Shown here one piece after another: positions 1-12,180 of a stretch of 16,164 bases of DNA. The stretch covers positions 11,644,388-11,660,551 of the forward strand of contig CM119270.1 of the NCBI GenBank assembly GCA_051294375.1, given 5' to 3'. Both the position numbers and the translations under genes were made by a program. Each line of letters opens with the position of its first letter. The stretch's first letter is position 1. Below the pieces are notes generated by a model. The model worked only from the letters and a program-made list of their open reading frames with translations. It was not told the DNA's origin and ran no database searches. The DNA comes from Paraspadella gotoi (taxonomy: Eukaryota; Animalia; Chaetognatha).

Positions 1-570
1 CTCTTCCTCTTCCGCATCCTCTTCCTCCTCTTCTTTCTCGTCCATTCACATCATTTTCCTTCCTCTCTTCCTCTTCCTCCTCCTCTTTNNNNNNNNNNNN
101 NNNNNNNNNNNNNNNNNNNNNNNNNNNNNNNNNNNNNNNNNNNNNNNNNNNNNNNNNNNNNNNNNNNNNNNNNNNNNNNNNNNNNNNNNNNNNNNNNNNN
201 NNNNNNNNNNNNNNNNNNNNNNNNNNNNNNNNNNNNNNNNNNNNNNNNNNNNNNNNNNNNNNNNNNNNNNNNNNNNNNNNNNNNNNNNNNNNNNNNNNNN
301 NNNNNNNNNNNNNNNNNNNNNNNNNNNNNNNNNNNNNNNNNNNNNNNNNNNNNNNNNNNNNNNNNNNNNNNNNNNTCCATTCACATCATTTTCCTTCCCC
401 TCTTCCTCTTCCTCCACCTCTTCCTCTTTCTCTCTCCACGTCTCATCGAGTCTTTCACCCTTCAGCAATTTTTTCTTCTTCTTCCTCACCTCTGCCTCAC
501 CCTTCTCCTTTTTTTCCTTCCTTTTCCTCCGGTCTCTTCCCCCTCCTCCTCTTCCTCCTCTTCCTCCTCC
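1..570. repeat. Polypyrimidine low-complexity tract, degenerate (CCT/CTT)n, interrupted by a gap
   Basis: Repeated ctcttcctc/cctcct motifs on both sides of the gap. Confidence 0.9.
89..375. other. Assembly gap (287 N)
   Basis: Run of N flanked by CT/CCT-rich low-complexity sequence. Confidence 0.99.
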
Positions 571-1639
571 ACCGGCGTCCCGTTGCCATGGAAATAATTA
601 GAGTTTGATGGCGCTTATTTTATTGGAAATATTAACGTTTCAAATCCGTCGTAGCGAGATTTTTTTTTTGTTTACAACCGTCGCACGTGACGGCGACGCG
701 AGTGTCGGGAAAACCGTGGAAGATTGATGAAGGGAAAGTGTTGTGCGCTGTGTGGGGTGTTGTGTGTGGGTCGGAGGGGTTTTTTTTAATCCCGCGGTAG
801 TAGAGGGAGAACGAAGTGTTGCATTTGGTATTAAAGAAAATAACAGCACATAGAAAAATTAAGAAAGTGTTCTTAATCGTAATTGTACGCCCGGAAAATC
901 TAACGAATTAAAATAATATATTAATAGTGAGTAATGATTTCTTTTTAGTTATTGATTCTCCGTTCTCCCTCGCCGCGTTTTTAATTCCTTCCCTCGAGAC
1001 TTAACATCTCCAGATTCTCTTCTTCTCAATCGACACTCTGTCTCCCTCGTCTCTCACTCTCACTTTCTCACTTCGCTCTTATCGACTTCACCTGGTCTCG
1101 AGTGACACCTCACCCAGCTCACCCAAGTTACAGCCAAGATTTGCTCGTACCCGGTTATCGACCGAAAAGAACTCTTCTCACCGAAATTCTTCTCACCTTC
1201 CGTGGACTGGTACAACAATATTGTGCCGTGATTTTATTCGTAAACGAACTCACTTGGCGTAACGGATTGCATCACCAAGCAAGCACTACAAAATATCCTG
1301 AAACTAATGAAATGTCTTGATTTAATCCCTGTAGTTCAATGTACAAAAGTTATCTGAATTATGGTCGACGATTAATTTTTTTTATCTTTATACAGGAACA
1401 CAAAGGAGGCGCTTTCGTTTTTTTATCTTTATAAAATAAGCATATTATATGTATCAATTCCCGCCCATTTATTGCGTACATTCACTTTACCAATCACTTC
1501 GAACCAATCTGCTTTTTCCCCGCTGAACTCTCTCCCCTTATCGACTGACCGAGCGTTGGACGTCAGACTTTGACTTCCGAGACACTTAAACAGATTAAAA
1601 ACCACTTGGCAGGATCGATGAGGGAGAGGGAGAGGGAGA

Positions 1640-1786
1640 NNNNNNNNNNNNNNNNNNNNNNNNNNNNNNNNNNNNNNNNNNNNNNNNNNNNNNNNNNNNN
1701 NNNNNNNNNNNNNNNNNNNNNNNNNNNNNNNNNNNNNNNNNNNNNNNNNNNNNNNNNNNNNNNNNNNNNNNNNNNNNNNNNNNNNN
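1640..1786. other. Assembly gap (147 N) inside a GA-rich tract
   Basis: N run preceded by (AGGGAG)n at 1621-1639 and followed by purine-rich sequence to ~1900. Confidence 0.99.
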
Positions 1787-2050
1787 GGAGGTGCAGGGAA
1801 GAAGAGAAAGTTGGAGGAAGAGTGGGATGGAGAATATGGAGGAGAAAGTGACAGAGAGGGAATAAGAGAAGAGAAGAAAGTAAGAAAGTTAATAAAGAAT
1901 AAGATGAGCCACAATACTAGGCTGAGTATGAAAAAAAGAAAAAAAATATGCTTTACATATTTACTAATTATAAATGTCTATAACATTGAATATTTTTTCA
2001 ACTTCTCGTCTGCCGCTGCGACGAATCTTATTTTCTCTCATGAAAGTTAT

Positions 2051-2095
2051 ACAACGAAGATGAAGCCTGACAAAATTGAGAGCATATAGGAGATT

Positions 2096-2141
<46 letters not shown>

Positions 2142-3791
2142 ATCTCTCTCTCTACCTCCTCTCTCTCTTCTCTCTCTCTCTCTCCTTCCCTTCACTCGTA
2201 AACTTTTTCCCTTCCCGTTTTCATGCTTTTTCAATGCCATTTCTCTATTGCTCTCGAGAATATGAAGAAGAACCGGTGTTAGGATTTTACTTTTTTTTTC
2301 TCTCTCTCTCTCTCTCTTCTCTCTATAAATATTTATTGAAGACTTCTAAATTCAATTAGCTTCTTAATGGAAAAATTAAAGTCTCTTTCCCCCCCATTTT
2401 TTTTTCTTCACCCCAATGCTTATGAACTATTTACATTTTTAAATTCGTTTCGCGAAAAAAAAAAAAAAAATTGAAAAGCGCAGTCGGGATGTCTTTTTCT
2501 TTTTTTGAGACTTCGTCAACGCAGCAGAAACTAGAGTTGTATTGAGAATTTGTCAATATCATAACATCATTGAATCCTTTCAGTCACGTCGATACATATT
2601 GTAGCCAATTTTATTCCTTCTTTCGAAAAGTCGGGGAAGGAGAAAATCTTGTTATTCCTCGGGACTGATTTTATCGGCGACGCCAGGATTTCCCATTTTT
2701 TCCTTTTTCCGACTTTGCTCTTCATCCCTTTTCTTTTTCTTCTTTCCTTTTTTCTTCTTCCCCTTCTTCTCAATTAAGTTGGTACAACCAATTAAAATTT
2801 TCTTGCCCCTGACTTTTGACAGGCTATGGTTGTTTCAGGCCTCCATCACACTTACAAGATAATAACATAGCATGACTCTCTCACAGTCTCGTTTATTCAC
2901 TCCCTGAGCCACTGGCTTCCCTATCCCTATATTCATCCTTATACTAGTGCTCTTTCTCTTTTTCCTCACTTTCTCCTCTACCCCCTATTCCTTCTCCTAC
3001 CCTTCGTCTCTTTATTTTCACTCCCTTTCCTTTTTCCTCTCCTACTACCTCCTCTTTCGCCTCCTCTTCCTTCTTCCCCTACCGACTGCGTTTCCTCCTT
3101 TTTTTATTTCCTCTTTTTTTATTCTTCCTCTTCTGCTACTTTTGCCTCTTGATCCTTCACCTTTCTTTACAGCGACTTTCTCTTTCTTTCCCGCTCACGT
3201 TTCACTCATTTCTCTATCACTTCTCCATCTCTGCACTTTCACTTCCCTATCACTTCTGTCTCAAAAACTAAAAATCTCCGCAGTTTCCGCCTTCCTCTTC
3301 AGTATTACTGCATCGCGGTACATCTGCGTGCGTGGTGCTCGGCATCCGCTTTCAGCTTCTCTTGTCCCGCGTATCTCGACATCTTTTTCCATCTTGGATC
3401 TTGTCTCTTCTCCGTTTCCCTCTCCCGTACTATTCTCCATCTTTCTCTCTCTCTTCACACTTGTCTCTCGTTCTCTCCTTTCTCTCTCTCCCCTCCTTCT
3501 CCAATCTCTCTATCTCTCTCTTTTCCAATCTCTCTTTTCCTTTTCCTTTCTCTTTTCATTTTTCTATCTACACATTCCCCGCCAGTCTCAGTTGCAACTC
3601 TTTCAATATTCCTTTTCCTCTTTTCCCCTTTTCCATTCTCCTTGCCCTCTTCTTTTCCCTTCTAACACTTCCTAGCTGTTTTTTCCCCCCATTTTCACGG
3701 GACCCCAAAGGCATTTTGTTGGCGTTTTTTTTCGTCAAAAATCTATTTGAAAGGGAAGGTCAGACTGTGGCAAAGAGAGAGAGAGAGAGAG
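2051..3791 (+). repeat. Block A, copy 1 (shorter, indel-divergent copy)
   Basis: Begins ACAACGAAGATGAAG and is colinear with 3817-5620. It spans 1710 bp to the CAGAC anchor at 3761, versus 1790 bp in copy 2. Confidence 0.95.
2098..2184. repeat. (CT)n microsatellite, repeated in the other A copies at ~3863-3963 and ~7310-7410
   Basis: Direct reading. Confidence 0.95.
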
Positions 3792-3816
3792 NNNNNNNNN
3801 NNNNNNNNNNNNNNNN
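3792..3816. other. Assembly gap, exactly 25 N
   Basis: Counted 9+10+6 N. The sequence restarts at the block A start immediately after. Confidence 0.99.
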
Positions 3817-3873
3817 ACAACGAAGATGAAGCTGACAAAATTGAGAGCATATAGGAGATTAGCTCTCTCTCCC

Positions 3874-3919
<46 letters not shown>

Positions 3920-5734
3920 ATCTCTCTCTCTACCTCCTCTCTCTCTTCTCTCTCTCTCTCTCCTTCCCTTCACTCGTAAACTTTTTCCCTTCCCGTTTTC
4001 ATGCTTTTTCAATGCCATTTCTCTATTGCTCTCGAGAATATGAAGAAGAACCGGTGTTAGGATTTTACTTTTTTTTTCTCTCTCTCTCTCTCTCTTCCTC
4101 TCTACTTCTCTCTATTAAATATTTATTGAAGACTGTCTAAATTCACATAGCTTCTTAATGGAAAAATTTAAACGTCTCTTTCCCCCCCATTTTTTTTTTC
4201 TTCACCCCAATTGCCTTATGAACTATTTACATTTTAAATTCGTTTCGCGAAAAAAAAAAAAAAAAAAAATTGAAAAGCGCAGTCGGGATGTTCTTTTTCT
4301 TTTTTTTGCAACTTCGTCAACGCAGCAGAAACTAGAGTTTGTATGAGAATTTGTCAATATCATAACATCATTGAATCCTTTCAGTCACGTCGATACATAT
4401 TGCTAGCCAATTTTATTCCTTCTTTCGAAAAGGTCGGGGAAGGCGAGAAAATCCTTGTTATCCTCGGGACTGATTTATCCGGCGACGCCAGGATTTTCCC
4501 ATTTTCCTTTTTCCGACTTTGCTCTTCATCCCTTTTCTTTTTTCTTCTTTCCTTTTTTCTTCTTCCTCCTTCTTCTCAATTAAGTTGGTACAACCAATTA
4601 AAATTTTCTTGCCCACTGACTTTTGACAGGCCTATGGCTGTTTCAGCCTCCATCACACTTACAAGATAATAACATAGCCCATGACTCTCTCACAGTCTCG
4701 TTTATTTCACTCCCTGAGCCACTGGCTTCCCTATCCCTATATTCATCCTTATACTTAAGTGCTCTTTTCTCTTTTCCTCCACTTTCTCCTTACCCCCTAT
4801 TCCTCTCCTACCCTTTCGTGCTCTTTTATTTTTCACTCCCTTCCTTTCCTCTCCTGAACTACCTCCTTTTCGCCTCTCCTACTCCTTTCTTCCCCTACGA
4901 CTGCGTTTCTCCTTTTATTTTCCTCTTTTTTTATTCTTCACCTTCTGCCTACTTTTGCCTTCTTGATCCTTCACCTTCTTTTACAGCGGACTTTCTCTTC
5001 TTCCCGCTCACGTTTCACTCATTTTCTATCACTTCTCCATCTCTGCACAAACTTTCACTTCCCTATCACTTCTGTCTCAAAAACTTAAAAATCTCCGCAG
5101 TTTCCGCCTTCCTCTTCAGTATTACTGCCATCGCGCGTACATCTGCGTGGCGTTTTGGTTGCCTCGGCATTCCGCCTTTCAGCTTCTCTTGTCCCGCGTA
5201 TCTCGACATTCATTTTTCCATCTTTGGATCTTGTTCTCTTCTCCGTTTCCCTCTCCCTAACTATTTCTCCATCTTTCTCTCTCTCTCACACTCTGTCTAC
5301 TCTCTCTCTGAACTTTCTCTCTCTCCCCCTCCTTCTCCAATCTCTCTATCTCTCTCTTTTTCCAATCTCTCTTTTTCCTTTTCCTTTTCTCTTTTCATTT
5401 TTCTATCTACACAATTCCCCGCGTTCTCAGTTCAACTCTTATCAACTATTTCCTTTTCCTTCTTTTTTCCCCTTTTCCATTCTTCCCTTTCCTCTTCCTT
5501 TTCCCCTCTAACACTTCCCTAGGCTGTTTTTTCCCCCCATTTTTCACGCGACCAAGCATTTGGTGGCGTTTTTTTTCGTCAAAAATCTATTTCGAAAGGG
5601 TAAGGTCAGACTGTTGGCAAAATGAGAGAGAGAATGAGAGAAAGACCAGAGAGAGGATAGAGACGAGAGAGATGACCGATACAGAGATGAGAGATACGAG
5701 ACGAGAGAGAGATTGAGAGAAGAGAGAGAAAGAG

Positions 5735-5759
<25 letters not shown>
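3817..5759 (+). repeat. Block A, copy 2 (apparently identical to 7264-9206)
   Basis: The ORF track gives identical translations at a constant offset of 3447 (3826/7273, 4158/7605, 4343/7790, 4623/8070, 5155/8602). Confidence 0.97.

Positions 5760-5791
<32 letters not shown>
5624..5791. repeat. (GA)n microsatellite, degenerate then pure
   Basis: Direct reading; lies at the A/B junction. Confidence 0.95.
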
Positions 5792-5793
<2 letters not shown>

Positions 5794-7204
5794 GCAAGCA
5801 AGCAGTCAGAAAAAGATTGAGAAAAAATAGTAACAAGTGGAAAACAGGGAAAGCAGTTTAGGTGGGCTTGGGATTTGAGTCATGGGCGCGGAACAGCCTT
5901 CGTGCCCCCTCGGGCCCGCCCTTTATGGCCCCGCAACATGCTGGGCTGTTGGATCCCGCCCATTCGATGCCCCTGGGGGCCGATGCGGGGCTTGATATCG
6001 CCGATTTTTTGGGGAAAGGCCGAGGGATCACGAGGGAGGTAGGGGATGAGCATGGGAAGAATAAAGGGTGAGTAAGAGGAAGAGAGGTATGAGAAAGAAT
6101 GGAATGGTAAGGGCGGTTGAAGTAGGGTTTTATTTTTAGTAAAAAAATGTAGGAAAACGGTATTTTGGTATTGATCGTATTTGCAACGCTACTAACGAAT
6201 CAGAAAGCTGTGTGCAATGTATATATAAGTGAGCAAAACGGAAAAGAGCAGCCGATACGTTGTGGTATTTTCGTTATTTACCACACGACTGCGTCCAAAT
6301 TGGTAAATGGGGAGAAAGTGGTGCGAACGTGTGGTTAGATGGTAGAGAGGGTAGAAAGAGGTGGGCGAGGGGGCAGGAGTGGAGAAAGGATGAAGGTTAT
6401 CTAACCGAAAAGTTATGAAAATGTTACACTGTTACGCAAATAATTAACCATCTTTTCAAGACTCAAATAACCAACGACCACGATCACTCTCACCGGTCAC
6501 TATATTACAACTTAACGTACGTCAATTAATGTAATATGTCCGCATACATCCTCAACGATAATGAAGAAAAAACCCTTTGGGCTTCGGCCAAATATAAAAA
6601 AAAAACGAAAATCCCGGACATCATCTTGATTCGATTTGCGGTTGGGAAATCTTCTTCGCGGGCAGAAAAAAAAAAAGCTGGACACGTAATTTATATGCGG
6701 ACGAAGACGAGAAAAACGATTCGACGCAAATTCGAAAACAAATTATAAAGTGGGAAATGGGCGAAGGGAGATTTTCCAGCTGGAAATCTGCTTCGGTGCC
6801 GATTTAACGACGAGAAGAAAGTTGAAGCGCGAAAATTAAATGGAAATGTTTATTCGACTAGGGTTGTCATCTTTAAACTTAAAAACTAACTTTTATAATT
6901 CTGAATTCAAAATGAACAGGGGCGCTTTTGGAAAACATGGTTCATTGTTCTTCAGATAAAGACGACAATCGAATGACCAATTTCGAATCGGTACAGCAAG
7001 AAACGCTCAGGGCCTTTTGTTTCCATCTAAATTTACTACTGTGTACAGTGCAGACATTTTATAACATTCGCGATAGTATACTGTCAACACCTCTCATAGG
7101 TAAGTTGACACTTCTTTTTTAAAAAAGAGTGAGAACACGCACACTGAAACTGATTTCCCACCTCCCACTCTCTGCTGCATAATCACTCTATCCTCTTGAC
7201 GTTT

Positions 7205-7238
<34 letters not shown>
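5791..7238 (+). repeat. Block B, copy 1 (shorter copy), ending in (CT)n
   Basis: Starts GCCGCAAGCAAGCAGTCAG and is colinear with 9324-10900, with many small indels. Confidence 0.95.
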
Positions 7239-7263
7239 NNNNNNNNNNNNNNNNNNNNNNNNN
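7239..7263. other. Assembly gap, exactly 25 N
   Basis: Counted 2+10+10+3 N. The sequence again restarts at ACAACGAAGATG. Confidence 0.99.
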
Positions 7264-7320
7264 ACAACGAAGATGAAGCTGACAAAATTGAGAGCATATA
7301 GGAGATTAGCTCTCTCTCCC

Positions 7321-7366
<46 letters not shown>

Positions 7367-9206
7367 ATCTCTCTCTCTACCTCCTCTCTCTCTTCTCTCT
7401 CTCTCTCTCCTTCCCTTCACTCGTAAACTTTTTCCCTTCCCGTTTTCATGCTTTTTCAATGCCATTTCTCTATTGCTCTCGAGAATATGAAGAAGAACCG
7501 GTGTTAGGATTTTACTTTTTTTTTCTCTCTCTCTCTCTCTCTTCCTCTCTACTTCTCTCTATTAAATATTTATTGAAGACTGTCTAAATTCACATAGCTT
7601 CTTAATGGAAAAATTTAAACGTCTCTTTCCCCCCCATTTTTTTTTTCTTCACCCCAATTGCCTTATGAACTATTTACATTTTAAATTCGTTTCGCGAAAA
7701 AAAAAAAAAAAAAAAATTGAAAAGCGCAGTCGGGATGTTCTTTTTCTTTTTTTTGCAACTTCGTCAACGCAGCAGAAACTAGAGTTTGTATGAGAATTTG
7801 TCAATATCATAACATCATTGAATCCTTTCAGTCACGTCGATACATATTGCTAGCCAATTTTATTCCTTCTTTCGAAAAGGTCGGGGAAGGCGAGAAAATC
7901 CTTGTTATCCTCGGGACTGATTTATCCGGCGACGCCAGGATTTTCCCATTTTCCTTTTTCCGACTTTGCTCTTCATCCCTTTTCTTTTTTCTTCTTTCCT
8001 TTTTTCTTCTTCCTCCTTCTTCTCAATTAAGTTGGTACAACCAATTAAAATTTTCTTGCCCACTGACTTTTGACAGGCCTATGGCTGTTTCAGCCTCCAT
8101 CACACTTACAAGATAATAACATAGCCCATGACTCTCTCACAGTCTCGTTTATTTCACTCCCTGAGCCACTGGCTTCCCTATCCCTATATTCATCCTTATA
8201 CTTAAGTGCTCTTTTCTCTTTTCCTCCACTTTCTCCTTACCCCCTATTCCTCTCCTACCCTTTCGTGCTCTTTTATTTTTCACTCCCTTCCTTTCCTCTC
8301 CTGAACTACCTCCTTTTCGCCTCTCCTACTCCTTTCTTCCCCTACGACTGCGTTTCTCCTTTTATTTTCCTCTTTTTTTATTCTTCACCTTCTGCCTACT
8401 TTTGCCTTCTTGATCCTTCACCTTCTTTTACAGCGGACTTTCTCTTCTTCCCGCTCACGTTTCACTCATTTTCTATCACTTCTCCATCTCTGCACAAACT
8501 TTCACTTCCCTATCACTTCTGTCTCAAAAACTTAAAAATCTCCGCAGTTTCCGCCTTCCTCTTCAGTATTACTGCCATCGCGCGTACATCTGCGTGGCGT
8601 TTTGGTTGCCTCGGCATTCCGCCTTTCAGCTTCTCTTGTCCCGCGTATCTCGACATTCATTTTTCCATCTTTGGATCTTGTTCTCTTCTCCGTTTCCCTC
8701 TCCCTAACTATTTCTCCATCTTTCTCTCTCTCTCACACTCTGTCTACTCTCTCTCTGAACTTTCTCTCTCTCCCCCTCCTTCTCCAATCTCTCTATCTCT
8801 CTCTTTTTCCAATCTCTCTTTTTCCTTTTCCTTTTCTCTTTTCATTTTTCTATCTACACAATTCCCCGCGTTCTCAGTTCAACTCTTATCAACTATTTCC
8901 TTTTCCTTCTTTTTTCCCCTTTTCCATTCTTCCCTTTCCTCTTCCTTTTCCCCTCTAACACTTCCCTAGGCTGTTTTTTCCCCCCATTTTTCACGCGACC
9001 AAGCATTTGGTGGCGTTTTTTTTCGTCAAAAATCTATTTCGAAAGGGTAAGGTCAGACTGTTGGCAAAATGAGAGAGAGAATGAGAGAAAGACCAGAGAG
9101 AGGATAGAGACGAGAGAGATGACCGATACAGAGATGAGAGATACGAGACGAGAGAGAGATTGAGAGAAGAGAGAGAAAGAGGAGAGAGAGAGAGAGAAAG
9201 AGAGAG
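7264..9206 (+). repeat. Block A, copy 3
   Basis: Matches 3817-5759 wherever compared. Confidence 0.97.
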
Positions 9207-9324
9207 GAGAGAGAGACGAGAGAGATAAGAGACGTGAGAGAGAGATGAGTGGAGAGGAGAGAGAGATGAGAGAGAGATGAGGAGAGAGCTGGAGAGGAGA
9301 GGACGAGAGATGAGAGAGAGAGAG
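9071..9324. repeat. Degenerate (GA)n microsatellite
   Basis: Direct reading; a longer, noisier version of 5624-5791. Confidence 0.95.
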
Positions 9325-10824
9325 CCGCAAGCAAGCAGTCAGTAAAAAGATTGAGAAAAAATAGTAAAAAGCTGGAAAAAGGGAAAGCCAGTTTAGGTGG
9401 GCTTGTGATTTGAGTATGAGCGGGAACAGCCTTCGCTGCCCCCTCGCGGCCCGCCCTTTATGCCCCGCCCCAACATGACTGCGGCCTGTTGGATCCCGCC
9501 ATTCGATGCCCCTGGGGGCCGATGCGGCGGCTTGATATCGCCGATTTTTTGGGAAGGCCGAGGGGATCACGAGGGAGGTAGGGGATGAGCCCATGGTGGA
9601 AGAATAAAGGGTTGAGTAAGAGGAAGAGAGTGTATGCAGATAAGAAATTGAATTGGTTAAGGGCGGTTTAAGTAGGTTTTTATTTTTTAGTAAAAAAAGC
9701 TTAGGAAAACGGTACTTTTGGTATTGATCGTTATTTGCAACGCTGACTTAACGAATCAGAAAGCTGTGTGCCAATGTTATATATAAGTGAGCAAAACGGA
9801 AAAGAGCAGCCGATACGTTGTGGTATTTTCGTTTATTACACACGACTGCCGTCCAAATTGGTAAATGGGGAGAAAGTTGGCTTGCGGAAACGGTGTGGTT
9901 AGATGGTAGATGAGCGGTAGGAAAGAGGGTGGCGCGATGGGCGGCAGGAGTGGAGAAAGGATGAAGGTTATCTAACGAAAAGTTTATGAAAATGTACACT
10001 GTTTACGCCAAATAATTAACCATTCTTTTCAGGACTCATAACCAACGACCACGATCACTCTCACCGGTCACTATATTACAACTTAACTGTTACGTCAATT
10101 AATGTAATATGTCCGCATACATCCTCAACGATAATGAGAAAAAACCCTTTGGGCTTCGGCCCCAAATATAAAAAAAAAAAACGAAAATCCCGGACATTCA
10201 TCTTTGATTCGATTGCGGTTGGGAAATCTTCTTCGCGGGCCAGAAAAAAAAGCTGGACACGTAATTTATATGCGGACGAAGACGAAGAAAAACGATTCGA
10301 CGCCAAATTCGAAAACCATTATCCAAAGTCGGGAAATGCGGCGAAGCGAGATTTTCCAGCTGGAAATCTGCTTCTGCTGCGATTTAACGACGAGAAGAAA
10401 GTTTGAAGCGCGAAAATTAAATGGAAAATGTTCTTATCGACTAGGGTTGCTTCATCATTTTAAACCTTTAAAACTAACTTTTATAATCTGAATTTCAAAT
10501 GAAAACAGGGGCGCTTTGGATAACATGGGATTCACTTGTTCTTCAGATAAAGACGACAAGTCGAATGACCCAATTTCGGAATCGGCACAGCAAGAAGAAA
10601 CGCTCAGGGCCTTTTGTTTCCATCTGAAATTTACTACTGTGTACAGTGCAGACATTTATATACATTCGCCGATAGATTTATACTGTCAACACCTCTCATA
10701 GGTAAGTTGACCACTTCTTTTTTTAAAAAAAAGAGTGAGAACACGCACACTAAACTGATTTTCCCACCTCCCACTCTCTGCGATGCCATAATCACTCTCC
10801 TATCCTCTTGACGCTTTTCTTCTC

Positions 10825-10856
<32 letters not shown>

Positions 10857-10867
10857 TCTCTCTCATC

Positions 10868-10916
<49 letters not shown>

Positions 10917-10924
10917 CTCTCTCC
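9324..10924 (+). repeat. Block B, copy 2 (longer copy), ending in (CT)n at ~10816-10924
   Basis: 1489 bp to the TCCTCTTGAC anchor versus 1410 bp in copy 1; continues into unique sequence. Confidence 0.95.
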
Positions 10925-11034
10925 ACACTGCATATTTACAGTTTTCTCTCTCCTTGGGAAAAAAGGAGAGAAAATTCTGTCTCGATTTATGTTTCCAGCG
11001 AAAAGTGTAGCGGGCGAAGCCCACGGATGGCGTG

Positions 11035-12180
11035 AGAAAAGAGAAGGGATGTGGTGGAGCGAAGTGAGGGAATGAGGAAGTCAGGACGGGAGTGAGGAAA
11101 AGTGAGGAGGAGAGGAAGGTAAGGAGTAAGACAAGACTGAGGTTGGGAGGGAAGAATTTAAGGAAGACGGAAGTCGGGAGGGGGTGACTAAATGAAAGAG
11201 AAATAAAAGGGTAAGTTAAGAATGAATTGAATGGGGAAAATAAAGAGGGAGGAGATAAGGAAAACTGAGATTAAGGTTGAAAGTAGAGGTGAGTTCAGAG
11301 GCCGATGAATTCGCGATAGAGTGGGAGGAGGAAGATGAGGAGAAAAAGGAGGAGGAAAATTAAGGCAATGATGACGATAAGGGTCGGTTAAAAAAAAATA
11401 GGAGCAACCTTGAGAGGGTAAGTGAGTGAAGAAAGCGAGGAAGAAAGAAAAGAGCGCAGTGGTAAAGTGTGACTACAATTACAGTTACATTCAAAGAATT
11501 TTAAAAAATCCGCAGATTGAATGGGCGGACGCTAAGAATTTCGGAAATGATTTTCATTTGAAGTCGGCATACTATATTTTTATATGAAATAGAAGGGGAA
11601 ATTAAATGGGGGAAAAAAGTAAAGAAAACTAAATAAATTAGAGAAAGAAGAGAATAAAAGCAGAAGAATAGAATTGAAAGTCTGAGGATAGAATAGATAG
11701 ATAAGAAAAAAAGAGAAGAAGAACAAAAGAAAGTCGACATTAAAGACAAAACGAGGGGGGCGGGTTTTTCAGCGAGAAAAGTGGAAGGAAAGAAGGAATC
11801 TATGGGTAAATGGAAATTGTGGTTTGGGGATTTAAGAGGGTTCGATGCGTCTGGGGAGTGGAGGGGGCGGAAGCGGAGCGAAAGGCGGAGGCGGAAGCGC
11901 GAGGCGGAAGCGATGAGGCCGGGGGACAAAAACGGGAATAAAAAGAAATCCAAAGCGCGTCCACGCGTTTGGGAATATAAAAACGTTTCCGTGGAATAAA
12001 TAAAAAATAAGGGAAAACGAACGGAACGAGGAAAGGAGAGAGAGAGAGAGAGCAGCAGAGAGTGAGGATGAGAGGCTGAGAGAGAAGAGATGAGAGAGGA
12101 GAGATGAGAAGGACCGAGAATGAGGAGAGAAGGAGAGAGAGATGATGAGAGAAGAGAGCCTGAGACGAGAGAGAGAGAAG
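11035..12180. repeat. Purine-rich low-complexity domain ending in degenerate (GA)n (~12035-12180)
   Basis: Strong A/G skew on the + strand. Confidence 0.85.

Noticed and set aside
46-1914. ORFs spanning N runs
   Set aside because: They are open only because N codons contain no stops.
2947-8969. Long F/L/S/P-rich ORFs (242 aa, 299 aa x2, etc.) resembling membrane proteins
   Set aside because: Polypyrimidine DNA lacks stop codons. Overlapping frames are open simultaneously, many starts are non-ATG, and the frame is not preserved between A1 and A2.
2051-10924. LTR retrotransposon, or a genuine tandem gene array
   Set aside because: There are no TG...CA termini, target-site duplication, primer-binding site or gag/pol coding, and the repeat boundaries coincide with assembly gaps.
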